NCBI GenBank assembly: GCA_034667665.1
Contig: JAXDQW010000039.1
Span: 40,210 to 104,209, forward strand
Direction of reading: 5' to 3'
DNA length: 64,000 bases
Source: Chthoniobacter sp.
GTDB lineage: Bacteria; Verrucomicrobiota; Verrucomicrobiia; Chthoniobacterales; Chthoniobacteraceae
Below, in pieces: positions 35,265 through 44,645 of the stretch. Every line of letters starts with the position of its first letter. Position 1 is the stretch's first letter. Below the pieces are notes generated by a model. The model did no database searches, was not told the DNA's origin, and saw nothing but the letters and a program-made list of their open reading frames with translations. The translations under genes and the position numbers were made by a program.

Positions 35265-36239
35265 TTACTTCCTGATCCCAAAGAACGCTTCCAGCGCTTT
35301 TGTCCCGAGCGCCTTCCAGATTTTGATGACTTCGTAGGTAATCACCGTCGTATAGGTCACGGCCAGCCAGACGCAAACGGCTTCAACCGGCAGATTTGAC
35401 CAGGCGCCAATGTCGAGACCCATCATCGCGGGCGGATGGTAACCCCACCAGCCATACGGCGCCCCGAGAGTCGCCTCCCACAGGAGACTCACCAGCAGAA
35501 TGAAAAAGAAGGTAAAGCCGAAGGCCCGCCAATTGATGAATGGCTGGGCGGTGCGGAAGAAGCCCGCCGACGGAGTAATGGATGCGAGCACGAGATAGGT
35601 AAAGTACCACGGGAAACCTTCGGGCGACGGAGAGAGGAGCTTTTTGTAAAGGATGGCCGCGCTCAAGAGCCCGGCGCCGAGCAGGACCGATTCCAGATGA
35701 AAGCGCACGATGCGGGAAGTGCCGCGGGCCGCGACCGAGTAGTCGGGGACGTTGTAAGCGCGAACCCAATACTCATCTCCCCAGATGTAACTCAGCAGCA
35801 CGACCATGAACCCGGTGAGATAGAACAGGAATTCCTCCACCGGAATCGGGCCGCCGATTGCGGGAACATTGATCCCGAAGGTCGCGAGCTTGTTGGAGAA
35901 AGTGAAGAACGTGTTGCCGAAGAGCAGGTCGAGGAGGAAACCAAGCGGAGCCAACACGAGGATCGTTCGCCAAAACGCCTTGCGTTGCAGCTCCAGATCC
36001 TTGCGGCGCACGAACCAGCACCCGAGCGCGGCCAGCGGTACCAGGAACAGCACGAGACTAACGCTGTAGCCCCACGGCGTCGGGTTTTCCGCCGTGATCT
36101 CGAGCACGCCGGGGTGCGCGACCGTGTGCAGCGTGATCGCCGCGGGCGCGATCAAGAGCGCCGCAATCAGGAAAACAACCTGGAAGGCTTCCTTCGGTTT
36201 CCTTTGGGGGTTATTCGATGGTGTGGTTTCGGTGTCCAT
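35265..36239 (-). CDS. Polytopic membrane protein with two lycopene-cyclase-domain-like repeats.
   Basis: 'GGPIPVEEFLFYLTGF' and 'SNLPVEAVCVWLAV' resemble the P(I/V)EE motif of CrtYc/Yd-type domains. About 8 TM segments. Start taken at M13 of the ORF-track ORF. Confidence 0.5.
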   Translation of the reverse strand: MDTETTPSNNPQRKPKEAFQVVFLIAALLIAPAAITLHTVAHPGVLEITAENPTPWGYSVSLVLFLVPLAALGCWFVRRKDLELQRKAFWRTILVLAPLGFLLDLLFGNTFFTFSNKLATFGINVPAIGGPIPVEEFLFYLTGFMVVLLSYIWGDEYWVRAYNVPDYSVAARGTSRIVRFHLESVLLGAGLLSAAILYKKLLSPSPEGFPWYFTYLVLASITPSAGFFRTAQPFINWRAFGFTFFFILLVSLLWEATLGAPYGWWGYHPPAMMGLDIGAWSNLPVEAVCVWLAVTYTTVITYEVIKIWKALGTKALEAFFGIRK

Positions 36240-36348
36240 CCTGGTGGCGCAGTGGTCAATCGGGCACGCCCTCACCCAGCCCGGTGCGGGCGCCGCATTC
36301 GGAAACCCGAAAGCGGCGCCGCTTTCGCACCGGGCGTGGTGGCGGCGC

Positions 36349-37434
36349 CTACTCGTCGTCGTTCTTGAATAACTTGCCGGCTTTGTCGTTCACGAAGACA
36401 TCGAAGACCGCGAAGAGCGGACTCGGATCAGGCAGGCCTGTGAGACTCGCGTGATTCGTGACGAGCAGGCTCTGGGTTTTGTTGTTGAAGGCGATGTTTG
36501 CCGGATTCGACCACGGCAGAGGATTATTGCCGGGATGCGCCGGGTTCTTGGCCGGTCCGCTGAATTTCGTTTGCTCGATCCCGCCGTCGCCGAGGAGTGA
36601 AATCTTGCTCGTGCCCGCGAGCGCCACGTAGAGGCCGCCGGACTTGCCAAAGGCGATCCCATCGGGGCCGGAGCCAGTGTCAGCGCCGGTGTATTTGTGG
36701 AACAGCTTTAGATCCGACAGTGCCGGGTGATCGATCAATGGCAGGGTGTAAACGTAGCCTGCTCCTGCGCCATCGAACGTGACCGTGAAGTAGAGCTTGT
36801 CGCTTTTCTTGTCCACGCGCACTCCGTTCGGACCAAACGGCCCGTCGAGGACGGCGTTCTGGAACCAGACTTGAGGCGCGCCGCCGCCCGGCGGCACCCG
36901 CCAGATGGTCGCCTGGAATGAGTCGGTCACGTAGAGGTAACCTTTCTTGTCAAACGCCAGATCGTTGATCAGCACCGGTGCGGGAGGGTTGAACGCGGAA
37001 TGAAACACCGGGAAAAACGGCGCCGCATACACGCTTTGCTGTCCCGTCTCGACGTTGATTTGCAGGATGCCCCGCCCTTCATCCACCACGTAGAGGTTGT
37101 CATCTTCGCCAAACGCAATGCAGGAGAGCGCGTTCAACGGGCCGGGCTGGCCCTGCACCGTGATCGTCCTGGCCAGCGCCCCGGTGTCGGCATCGTAGGC
37201 GAATATTTTTGACGGGATGAAGTTGCCGGGAACGCCGAACGCGGCTGGCCCGGAGACATAAACGAGCCCTTCGTGAACCGCGATGCCCTCAGGATATCCG
37301 GGCAACGCGGGGATGGCCGTGAGAACTTTCGAATCGCCAATTGGACGAGCGCTTCCGGCGCTGACGGAGGCGGGCGGGAGAAGAGCGAGTGAACCTAACA
37401 AAAGCGAACAGAGTGCAGGGTGTTTTATTTTCAT
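36349..37434 (-). CDS. Secreted SMP-30/gluconolactonase/strictosidine-synthase-like beta-propeller protein.
   Basis: Signal peptide 'MKIKHPALCSLLLGSLALLPPASVSA'. Repeats 'GYPEGIAVHEG..YV', 'NDLAFDKKGYLYVTD', 'PNGVRVD', 'PDGIAFGKSGGLYVA'. Confidence 0.6.
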   Translation of the reverse strand: MKIKHPALCSLLLGSLALLPPASVSAGSARPIGDSKVLTAIPALPGYPEGIAVHEGLVYVSGPAAFGVPGNFIPSKIFAYDADTGALARTITVQGQPGPLNALSCIAFGEDDNLYVVDEGRGILQINVETGQQSVYAAPFFPVFHSAFNPPAPVLINDLAFDKKGYLYVTDSFQATIWRVPPGGGAPQVWFQNAVLDGPFGPNGVRVDKKSDKLYFTVTFDGAGAGYVYTLPLIDHPALSDLKLFHKYTGADTGSGPDGIAFGKSGGLYVALAGTSKISLLGDGGIEQTKFSGPAKNPAHPGNNPLPWSNPANIAFNNKTQSLLVTNHASLTGLPDPSPLFAVFDVFVNDKAGKLFKNDDE

Positions 37435-37750
37435 AACTTCATGGTTCGGGGTTTAGGCCGGTTTGGGCTGGCAGTCTTGGCAAAGGCATCCTCGTGAATC
37501 TGGCCTGTTCCACACAATGTGAAAGGAGCGGCGATTTGCGGCCGGGCCGCGATTTCACGCTTTCCCGCCGCGCCGTGCGGAAGCTGGCGTTTCGCGGTCG
37601 GCACCTCCGGGCGGGGGCGTTTCGACGGGCACGGCGAGGTCCTCGTCGGCGCTGATCGCCGCAAAGGCGCCAATGCGGAAAATCGTGCGCGGCGCCGAAT
37701 GTTGAATGCTGCGATGCACGCATTTCCAGAACAGCTTGCGAATTTCTGGC

Positions 37751-37867
37751 ATGAAACCAATCGATCATTACATCGCGCAATCCGGAAAAATCGGCTACGC
37801 CCTCCTCTGGTTGCTGGGGGTTCCCATTCCCGTTCTGCTGATCATCTATTTGATTCGCGGGCACTAG
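37751..37867 (+). CDS. Possible 38-aa single-TM peptide.
   Basis: Own translation 'MKPIDHYIAQSGKIGYALLWLLGVPIPVLLIIYLIRGH*'. Below the ORF-track cut-off. Confidence 0.3.
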   Translation: MKPIDHYIAQSGKIGYALLWLLGVPIPVLLIIYLIRGH

Positions 37868-37995
37868 CCCCACCTGCAGGCGGTCAAGCTTCTTGAGCTT
37901 CAGCCGGGCGTTGGCTTCGGCGCGCTCGGAAGGAGCCACCCAAATGGCGGCCCACCGAGACGCAGGCTTTCAGTCTGCGAAAGGTAGCGCCAGTC

Positions 37996-39126
37996 TCAAA
38001 CGACGACGAGATCGACCTCGGGTAGTTCCTTGAGGAGCTTTTCGTGCAGAGTCGTTTTGAAAAGCCGCTTCAGCTTCCGGGGTCCCGGACGCCCCAGGAC
38101 GATGTGGGTGATCCCGTATTCGCGCGCAAATGAAATCAGCGCCTGCGCGACATCTTCGCCTTTCATCGAGAAGACGAGTCCACCCATTTTCTGCGCGGTT
38201 TCCAGCGTGTCATTGACGCGCCGCTGCGCGGCGGCGGCGATGCGCACGGCGGATTCCTGGGGCGTGCGTACATAGACGGCATACCACTGCGCGTTGAGTT
38301 GCGAAGCCAGCCGCGCCGTCTTGCGCAGCAGCCGGCCAGGATCGGGCCCCTGGCTGGCGATGGCCACCATGACCTGGCCGAGGGCGCTGACGTTTTTTTC
38401 GAGCTCGCCGCTCTCGCGCTGCTGCCGGTCGAGGTAGTTTGCCGTCTCGCTCAAGGTCATCTCGCGCAGGCGCGTCAGGTTCTTTTCGGTGAAAAAATTC
38501 GCGAGCGCGGCGGGGATTCGTTCCTGCGGATAGATCTTTCCGGCCTGGAGCCGCTCCTGCAGATCTTCGGCGGGAAGGTCGATGTTCACGATCTGATCGG
38601 CCTTGGTGAGGATTTCATCGGGGACGCGCTCCTTCACCCGCACCCCGGTCGCCTCCTCGACGAAATTATACAGCGATTCGAGGTGTTGGATGTTGACGGT
38701 GCTGATGACGTTGATGCCCGCACGAAGCAGGTCTTCCACGTCCTCGTAACGCTTGCGGTTCTTACTGTCGGGCGCGTTGGTGTGCGCGAGTTCATCGACC
38801 AGCGCAACGGTCGGCTTTCGCGCGATGACCGCGTCCACATCCATCTCCTTGAGCGTGATGCCATGGTATTGCGTCAGCCGTGGCGGGACGATTTCGAGGT
38901 CCCCGATCTGCGCGGTGGTTTCGGGGCGGTCGTGAGGCTCGACGTAACCGATGACCACATCGACCCCGCGTGCTTTCAGCCGCTTGCCCTCGGTCAGCAT
39001 CGAGTAGGTCTTGCCCACGCCGGGGCACGGACCGAGGTAGATCTTCAGCTTGCCGACCTGCTGCCGTCGGATGATGGCCAGAAAGTCATCCGCGCTGGGG
39101 CGTGCGGCTGGGTCGGCGCCGGGCAT
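37996..39126 (-). CDS. kdpD: KdpD N-terminal sensor domain plus Usp domain only (376 aa). No TM, GAF or histidine-kinase part.
   Basis: 'GKLKIYLGPCPGVGKTYSMLTEG...GVDVVIGYVEPHDRPET', 'VALVDELAHTN', 'NVISTVNIQHLES', then a Usp-like C-terminus. The ORF ends naturally. Confidence 0.85.
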   Translation of the reverse strand: MPGADPAARPSADDFLAIIRRQQVGKLKIYLGPCPGVGKTYSMLTEGKRLKARGVDVVIGYVEPHDRPETTAQIGDLEIVPPRLTQYHGITLKEMDVDAVIARKPTVALVDELAHTNAPDSKNRKRYEDVEDLLRAGINVISTVNIQHLESLYNFVEEATGVRVKERVPDEILTKADQIVNIDLPAEDLQERLQAGKIYPQERIPAALANFFTEKNLTRLREMTLSETANYLDRQQRESGELEKNVSALGQVMVAIASQGPDPGRLLRKTARLASQLNAQWYAVYVRTPQESAVRIAAAAQRRVNDTLETAQKMGGLVFSMKGEDVAQALISFAREYGITHIVLGRPGPRKLKRLFKTTLHEKLLKELPEVDLVVV

Positions 39127-39135
39127 GAGATTGGA

Positions 39136-39732
39136 TTATTTTTGGGGGCTCAGGGCGTCGAGCGCGAGATTGAGCTTGAGGACATTCACTCCGGCTTCGC
39201 CCAGGAGGCCGAGCGAAGGGCCGGCGGTGGCTTTGACGATCTCGGTTTTCACCATGTCCACGCTGACGCGGCGCTCTCTGGCGACGCGGGCCGCCTGGAG
39301 CAGCGCGTTCTTCGGGCTGATGTGCGGGTCGAGACCGCTGCCGCTGGCGGTGACGGCGTCGCCGGGGACGAGGGCATCGGCGGCGAGGCCGTTCTCAGTA
39401 CGGTAATCGGCGACGCGCTGTTTCACCGCGTCGATCAACTTTTGCGAAGTCGGTCCGAGATTCGAGCCGCTGGAGTTGGCCGCATCATAGCCATTGGCAC
39501 CCGCGGCCGAGGGGCGCGGGTGGAAGTATTTCGCGCCGGTGAAGTTCTGCCCGAGCCATTCGGAGCCGACGATCTTGCGGTCGGCGCCTTCAATGAGGCT
39601 CCCATTGGCCTGGTGGGGGAAGACCAACTGGCTGATGCCCCAGATGACGACGGGATAGATTCCGCACAAGACGACGGCGAAGAGGAGTGTCGCGATGATG
39701 GAAGTAATGATGTCTTGAAGGATGGTTTTCAT
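39136..39732 (-). CDS. kdpC: K+-transporting ATPase subunit C.
   Basis: 'VLCGIYPVVIWGISQLVFPHQANGSLI', 'FHPRPSAA...YDAANSSGSNLGP', 'VTASGSGLDPHISP'. Confidence 0.92.
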   Translation of the reverse strand: MKTILQDIITSIIATLLFAVVLCGIYPVVIWGISQLVFPHQANGSLIEGADRKIVGSEWLGQNFTGAKYFHPRPSAAGANGYDAANSSGSNLGPTSQKLIDAVKQRVADYRTENGLAADALVPGDAVTASGSGLDPHISPKNALLQAARVARERRVSVDMVKTEIVKATAGPSLGLLGEAGVNVLKLNLALDALSPQK

Positions 39733-39752
39733 TGGATGGGCGGGTGGCGGAG

Positions 39753-41777
39753 TCAGGCGAGGTGCAGCACAGCAACGACCATGTCGATGGCTTTGATGCC
39801 GATGAACGGGATGATGACGCCGCCCACGCCGTAGATGAGCAGGTTGCGTTGCAGGATTTTCGCCGCGCCGAGCGGGCGGAATTTCACGCCGCGCAGGGCG
39901 AGCGGGATAAGCAGGATGATGATGATCGCATTGAAGATCACCGCGCTGAGGATGGCGCTCTGCGGCGAAGCGAGCTTCATGATATTCAGCGGTGCGATCT
40001 GCGGGAACGCCACGAGGAGCATCGCCGGAATGATGGCGAAATATTTCGCCACATCGTTCGCGATGCTGAAGGTGGTCAACGCGCCGCGTGTAATGAGGAG
40101 CTGCTTCCCGATTTCGACGACCTCAATGAGCTTGGTCGGGTTCGAATCCAGATCGACCATGTTGCCCGCTTCCTTCGCGGCCTGGGTGCCGGTATTCATC
40201 GCCACGCCGACATCGGCCTGGGCAAGCGCGGGGGCGTCGTTGGTGCCGTCGCCGGTCATGGCGACGAGGTGGCCGCCTTCCTGTTCCTTGCGGATGAGGG
40301 CGAGCTTCTGCTCCGGCGTGGCCTCGGCGAGGAAGTCATCGACGCCCGCTTCCTTCGCGATGGCCGCGGCGGTGCGCGGATTGTCGCCGGTGATCATGAT
40401 GGTGCGGATGCCCATCGCGCGGAACCGCTCGAAGCGATCGGCGAGCCCGCCTTTGACGATGTCCTTGAGGTAGATCGTTCCGAGCACTTTGTCATTCACC
40501 GCCACGACCAGTGGCGTGCCGCCCAGGCCGGAGATCCTGTTCACATCGCCCTGCACCGGTTCGGGCAGATCGCGACCGGTGAAACTCTTCACCTGCTCCG
40601 CCGCCCCTTTGCGATACTTCAGGCCGTCGATGTCCACGCCGCTCATGCGGGTTTGCGCGGTGAACGGGACGAAGGTGGCGTGGGCCAGCTCGTGCAGTTC
40701 GCGACCGCGCAATGCATGTTTTTCCTTGGCCAGCACGACGATGCTGCGGCCCTCCGGGGTTTCGTCGGCCAGCGAAGAAAGTTGTGCCGCCTCGGCCAGC
40801 GCCTCCTTGGTCACGCCCGGTGCGGGCAGGAACTCGGCGGCCTGGCGGTTGCCGAGCGTAATCGTGCCGGTCTTGTCGAGCAGCAGCACGTCCACGTCAC
40901 CGGCGGCTTCCACGGCGCGCCCGCTCATCGCGAGCACGTTCTTTTGCACGAGACGATCAATGCCCGCGATGCCGATGGCGCTGAGCAGCCCGCCGATGGT
41001 CGTGGGAATGAGGCAGACCAATAGCGCGACGAGCACGGTGATCGGAAAATCGACACCGCCGTAGATGCCGAACGCCTTCATCGACATGAGGACGATGAGG
41101 AAGATGATCGTGAGCGCGGAGAGCAGAATGGTCAGCGCGATTTCATTGGGCGTCTTCTGCCGCTTCGCACCCTCGACCAGCCCGATCATGCGATCCAGGA
41201 AGGTCTCGCCGGGGTTGGCGGTGACGCGGATCTTGATCACGTCGGACAGCACACGCGTGCCGCCGGTGACGGCGCTGCGATCACCGCCCGCCTCGCGGAC
41301 GACCGGTGCGGATTCACCGGTGATCGCGGATTCGTCCACGGTCGCGGCGCCTTCGATGATCTCGCCGTCGCCGGGAATGAACTCTCCCGCTGTCACGACC
41401 ACGATGTCGTCTTTCCTGAGCCTGCTCGACGGCATCTCCTCCAGCTTGCCATCAGGGCGGAGACGGTTCGCCTTGGTGTCGGTTTTCGCTTTGCGCAGCG
41501 TATCGGCCTGGGCCTTGCCGCGGCCTTCCGCCATCGCTTCGGCGAAGTTCGCGAAGAGCACGGTGAACCACAGCCAGAGCGTGATTTGCAGCAGGAAGCC
41601 GAGCGATGCGCCCTGTCCGCCCGTGAAGAGCAGCACGGTGGTAATCACCGCGCCGACCTCCGTGACGAACATCACCGGGTTGCCGATCAGGTGGCGGGGA
41701 TTGAGTTTCTTGAAGGACTCGCCGATCGCGGGGACGATAATCGCCGGATCGAAGATGGAGTGGGCTTGAGCAGCCAT
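39753..41777 (-). CDS. kdpB: K+-transporting P-type ATPase subunit B.
   Basis: '[21 protein letters not shown]', '[13 protein letters not shown]', '[14 protein letters not shown]', '[20 protein letters not shown]'. Confidence 0.97.
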   Translation of the reverse strand: MAAQAHSIFDPAIIVPAIGESFKKLNPRHLIGNPVMFVTEVGAVITTVLLFTGGQGASLGFLLQITLWLWFTVLFANFAEAMAEGRGKAQADTLRKAKTDTKANRLRPDGKLEEMPSSRLRKDDIVVVTAGEFIPGDGEIIEGAATVDESAITGESAPVVREAGGDRSAVTGGTRVLSDVIKIRVTANPGETFLDRMIGLVEGAKRQKTPNEIALTILLSALTIIFLIVLMSMKAFGIYGGVDFPITVLVALLVCLIPTTIGGLLSAIGIAGIDRLVQKNVLAMSGRAVEAAGDVDVLLLDKTGTITLGNRQAAEFLPAPGVTKEALAEAAQLSSLADETPEGRSIVVLAKEKHALRGRELHELAHATFVPFTAQTRMSGVDIDGLKYRKGAAEQVKSFTGRDLPEPVQGDVNRISGLGGTPLVVAVNDKVLGTIYLKDIVKGGLADRFERFRAMGIRTIMITGDNPRTAAAIAKEAGVDDFLAEATPEQKLALIRKEQEGGHLVAMTGDGTNDAPALAQADVGVAMNTGTQAAKEAGNMVDLDSNPTKLIEVVEIGKQLLITRGALTTFSIANDVAKYFAIIPAMLLVAFPQIAPLNIMKLASPQSAILSAVIFNAIIIILLIPLALRGVKFRPLGAAKILQRNLLIYGVGGVIIPFIGIKAIDMVVAVLHLA

Positions 41778-41820
41778 TGGATAAAGTTGAGAGTTGTAAG
41801 TTGGTAGTTAGCCGTCCGGG

Positions 41821-43656
41821 TTAGAATAGTTTTCCAGCGTGCATGAGGAAGTGTTCGACGACCGGCCCCAGCACGAGCGCTGGAACGAAGGTGAGCGCGC
41901 CGACAAGGAGCACGGTGCCGACGACCAGGCAGGTGAAGAGCGGGCCGTCCACGGGGAAGCTGCCGGCACTCTCGGCCACGAGCTTTTTGCGGGCGAGCGA
42001 GCCCGCCAGCGCGAGGATCGGCACGATCATGGCGAAACGTCCGAAGAGCATCGCCAGGCCGAGCGTTGTGTCGTACCAGGGCGCGTTGGCGGTCAAGCCC
42101 GCGAAGGCACTGCCATTGTTGCCCGTAGCTGACGTATAGGCATACAGAATCTCGCTGAAGCCATGCGGACCGCTGTTGTTGGTGCCGTCGGTCAGTGCGC
42201 CGGTGGCGTCCGGCAGGCCCATCTTGCTGACACTCGCCCAGCCGGAAAAGCCGAGGATGGAGAAGGCGAGGATAAGGATGACGAACGAAGCCATCTTCAT
42301 GTCGTAAGGCTCGATCTTATTGCCGACATACTCGGGTGTGCGTCCGACCATGAGGCCGGCGATGAAGACCGCGATGACCACATAAATAAGCATGCCGTAA
42401 AGACCCGCGCCGACCCCGCCGAAGACGACTTCGCCGAGCTGGATGTTGAGCAGCGGGACGAGCCCGCCGAGGGGCGTGAAGGAATCGTGCATCGCATTCA
42501 CCGCGCCGCAGGAGGCGTCGGTCGTGATGGTCGCGAAGAGTGCCGAGTTGAAGATGCCGAAGCGGACTTCCTTGCCTTCCATATTGCCATCGGCCGGATC
42601 GACACCAAGTGCCGTGAGGTTCGGATTGCCCGCTGCCTCATAATGCCAGGCGATCATCGTTCCCGCCAGGAAGAGTGTGAACATCGCCGCCCACACCGCC
42701 CAGCCGTGGCCTTGATGCTTCACCGTGCGACCAAGGTAATAAGTCAGGGCGCTTGGGATCGCGAGAATCGAGAGAATTTGCAGGAAGTTCGAGAGCGGCG
42801 TCGGGTTTTCGTAAGGATGCGCGGCATTCGCGTTGACGTAGCCGCCGCCATTTGTGCCGAGCATCTTGATCGCGATCTGCGATGCCATCGGGCCTTGCAC
42901 GATCGATTGGGTGTCCGTGACTTGCTCCTCCATAATCGGCTTGCCGTCCGCGCCCCTCACGGTCTCACCTTTGTCGTCCTTCTTCTCGACTTGCGCGTGG
43001 ACCGGCTCCGTCAAAGCAGCGGTGTCAAATGGTTTGAAATTCTGAATCATCCCCTGCGAAACGAGCACGAGCGAATAGACAGCGCAGATCGGCAGCAGAA
43101 GGTAGAAGGAAATGCGCGTGAGATCGACCCAGAAATTGCCAATCGTCTTCGCTGTGTGTCTCGCGATGCCGCGCACCAAAGCAGAGGCAATGGCGATGCC
43201 GACTGCCGCCGACGTCCAGTTATGGAGGGTGAGCGCGACCATCTGCGACAAGTAAGACATCGTGCTTTCGCCACCGTAGCTCTGCCAGTTCGTATTCGTG
43301 GTGAAGCTAGCCGCGGTGTTGAACGAAAGATGATCGCTCACGGCACTGAGCTTCTGCGGATTGAAAAACGACTGGAAGGGAAGCACCGCCTGCAGGCGCA
43401 AGATGGCATAGCTGAAAAGCATCCCGACCATGCTGAAGAGCAGCATCGCGATGGTGTAATGCTTCCAGTCGTGCTCCTCCTTTGCATCGACGCCGATCAG
43501 CTTGTAAGTCAGCCGTTCCAACGGCTTGATCACGGGATCGAGGAAGGTTTTGCCGTCCACGTCCAGCACCTTGCAAAGGTAGAGACCGAGCGGTTTGGTG
43601 ATTGCGAGCAGGATGCCGACGTAGAGTATGAGTTGAATCCAACCTGAGATGTTCAT
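41821..43656 (-). CDS. kdpA: K+-transporting ATPase subunit A.
   Basis: 'MNISGWIQLILYVGILLAITKPLGLYL', 'TNTNWQSYGGE', 'LGTNGGG', 'NNGSAFAG'. Confidence 0.95.
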   Translation of the reverse strand: MNISGWIQLILYVGILLAITKPLGLYLCKVLDVDGKTFLDPVIKPLERLTYKLIGVDAKEEHDWKHYTIAMLLFSMVGMLFSYAILRLQAVLPFQSFFNPQKLSAVSDHLSFNTAASFTTNTNWQSYGGESTMSYLSQMVALTLHNWTSAAVGIAIASALVRGIARHTAKTIGNFWVDLTRISFYLLLPICAVYSLVLVSQGMIQNFKPFDTAALTEPVHAQVEKKDDKGETVRGADGKPIMEEQVTDTQSIVQGPMASQIAIKMLGTNGGGYVNANAAHPYENPTPLSNFLQILSILAIPSALTYYLGRTVKHQGHGWAVWAAMFTLFLAGTMIAWHYEAAGNPNLTALGVDPADGNMEGKEVRFGIFNSALFATITTDASCGAVNAMHDSFTPLGGLVPLLNIQLGEVVFGGVGAGLYGMLIYVVIAVFIAGLMVGRTPEYVGNKIEPYDMKMASFVILILAFSILGFSGWASVSKMGLPDATGALTDGTNNSGPHGFSEILYAYTSATGNNGSAFAGLTANAPWYDTTLGLAMLFGRFAMIVPILALAGSLARKKLVAESAGSFPVDGPLFTCLVVGTVLLVGALTFVPALVLGPVVEHFLMHAGKLF

Positions 43657-43668
43657 GAGCGGTATCAG

Positions 43669-43752
43669 TTAAAACCTTTCCGGACGGATGATCGTGAAGA
43701 TGAGATAGGCGATCAGCCCGAGGGCGATGATTCCAACGATGGTATTTTCCAT
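43669..43752 (-). CDS. kdpF: K+-transporting ATPase subunit F (27 aa).
   Basis: Own translation 'MENTIVGIIALGLIAYLIFTIIRPERF*'. The YL..x..RPE.F tail is typical of KdpF. Lies 12 nt upstream of kdpA. Confidence 0.75.
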   Translation of the reverse strand: MENTIVGIIALGLIAYLIFTIIRPERF

Positions 43753-43764
43753 TTGAATGGGTGG

Positions 43765-43848
43765 TTAAACTTTTTCGCAGGCCCAGAGGAACAGAAGCAT
43801 CAGGGCGAAGAAGCCGATGGAGGCGAGGAGGTAGAGGAGGTCACGCAT
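43765..43848 (-). CDS. Hydrophobic micro-ORF (27 aa) upstream of kdpF.
   Basis: Own translation 'MRDLLYLLASIGFFALMLLFLWACEKV*'. Single TM. Lies 12 nt upstream of kdpF. Confidence 0.4.
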   Translation of the reverse strand: MRDLLYLLASIGFFALMLLFLWACEKV

Positions 43849-43866
43849 GGTGGTGGAGGGGGCTGG

Positions 43867-43953
43867 TTAGTTCCGCGGCGCAGGCCGGCGGAAGTGGAAG
43901 AGCATCGCGACCACGAAGCTCTGGATGAGCAGAGCAAGAGTCATCGCATTCAT
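43867..43953 (-). CDS. Hydrophobic micro-ORF (28 aa) translationally coupled to the response regulator gene.
   Basis: Own translation 'MNAMTLALLIQSFVVAMLFHFRRPAPRN*'. Its ATG overlaps the regulator stop codon (TAATG). Confidence 0.45.
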   Translation of the reverse strand: MNAMTLALLIQSFVVAMLFHFRRPAPRN

Positions 43954-44645
43954 TAGTCGTCCCCCAGCGCGAACGCCTCCTTGCTGGAGCCGAAATGGAA
44001 CAGCTCGAAGATCCGCCGCATGTTCTGCTGCGCGGGCTCGTAATGCTTGTCGGCCTTGATCGCCAGGCCGTAATACTTTTTGGCGCGGTCGTAATCTTCC
44101 AGCATCTCGAAGAACACACCGGTGAGGCTCAAGCCTTCCGCGGAATGGTCGTTGAGTTCGAGGGCGCGGAGCAGGTGTTCCCGGGCGCGCGGGAAATCCT
44201 GCAAGTTGAGCAGCCGCTGGGCAGCGACGATGTGGTAGTCAAAATCGTCCCGCTTCGGCCCGGACGCACCGGATTCGGGGGCGTGACGGGCGAAAACGTT
44301 CTCGACCATCTTGCGCAGTGACTCGGGCGTCATCGGCTTTTTGAGGAAGTCGATCGCCCCGAGCTTCATCGCGCGAACGGCGTGCGGGATGTCGCCGTAG
44401 GCGGTGATGATCACGGTCGGTGTGTTCAGCCCGCGCTTGCGCATCTCGGCGAGGAGGTCGAGGCCATCCATCTCCGGCATGCGCAAATCGAGGATGGCGA
44501 GGTCGAAGTGGTTTTTTCCGAATTGGTCCAGGGCGCTGGCTCCGCAGTCGGCTTCGAGCACGGTGAAGCCTTCGGTTTCGAGGGTCATTCGGTAGTTGAG
44601 CCGGACATTCGGCTCGTCATCGACGACCAGGATTCGTTTGCTCAT
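43953..44645 (-). CDS. Response regulator: REC domain plus a TPR-like C-terminal domain, with no DNA-binding domain.
   Basis: 'ILVVDDEPNVR', 'DLAILDLRMPEMDG', 'VIITAYGD', 'GAIDFLKKP'. The C-terminal helical repeats include 'YDRAKKYYGLAIKADKHYEPAQQN'. Confidence 0.88.
   Translation of the reverse strand: MSKRILVVDDEPNVRLNYRMTLETEGFTVLEADCGASALDQFGKNHFDLAILDLRMPEMDGLDLLAEMRKRGLNTPTVIITAYGDIPHAVRAMKLGAIDFLKKPMTPESLRKMVENVFARHAPESGASGPKRDDFDYHIVAAQRLLNLQDFPRAREHLLRALELNDHSAEGLSLTGVFFEMLEDYDRAKKYYGLAIKADKHYEPAQQNMRRIFELFHFGSSKEAFALGDD

Noticed and set aside
40138-40149. tRNA T-arm-like string GGGTTCGAATCC.
   Set aside because: It lies inside kdpB coding sequence, and no acceptor or anticodon arms can be drawn around it. 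I found no tRNA or rRNA in the window.
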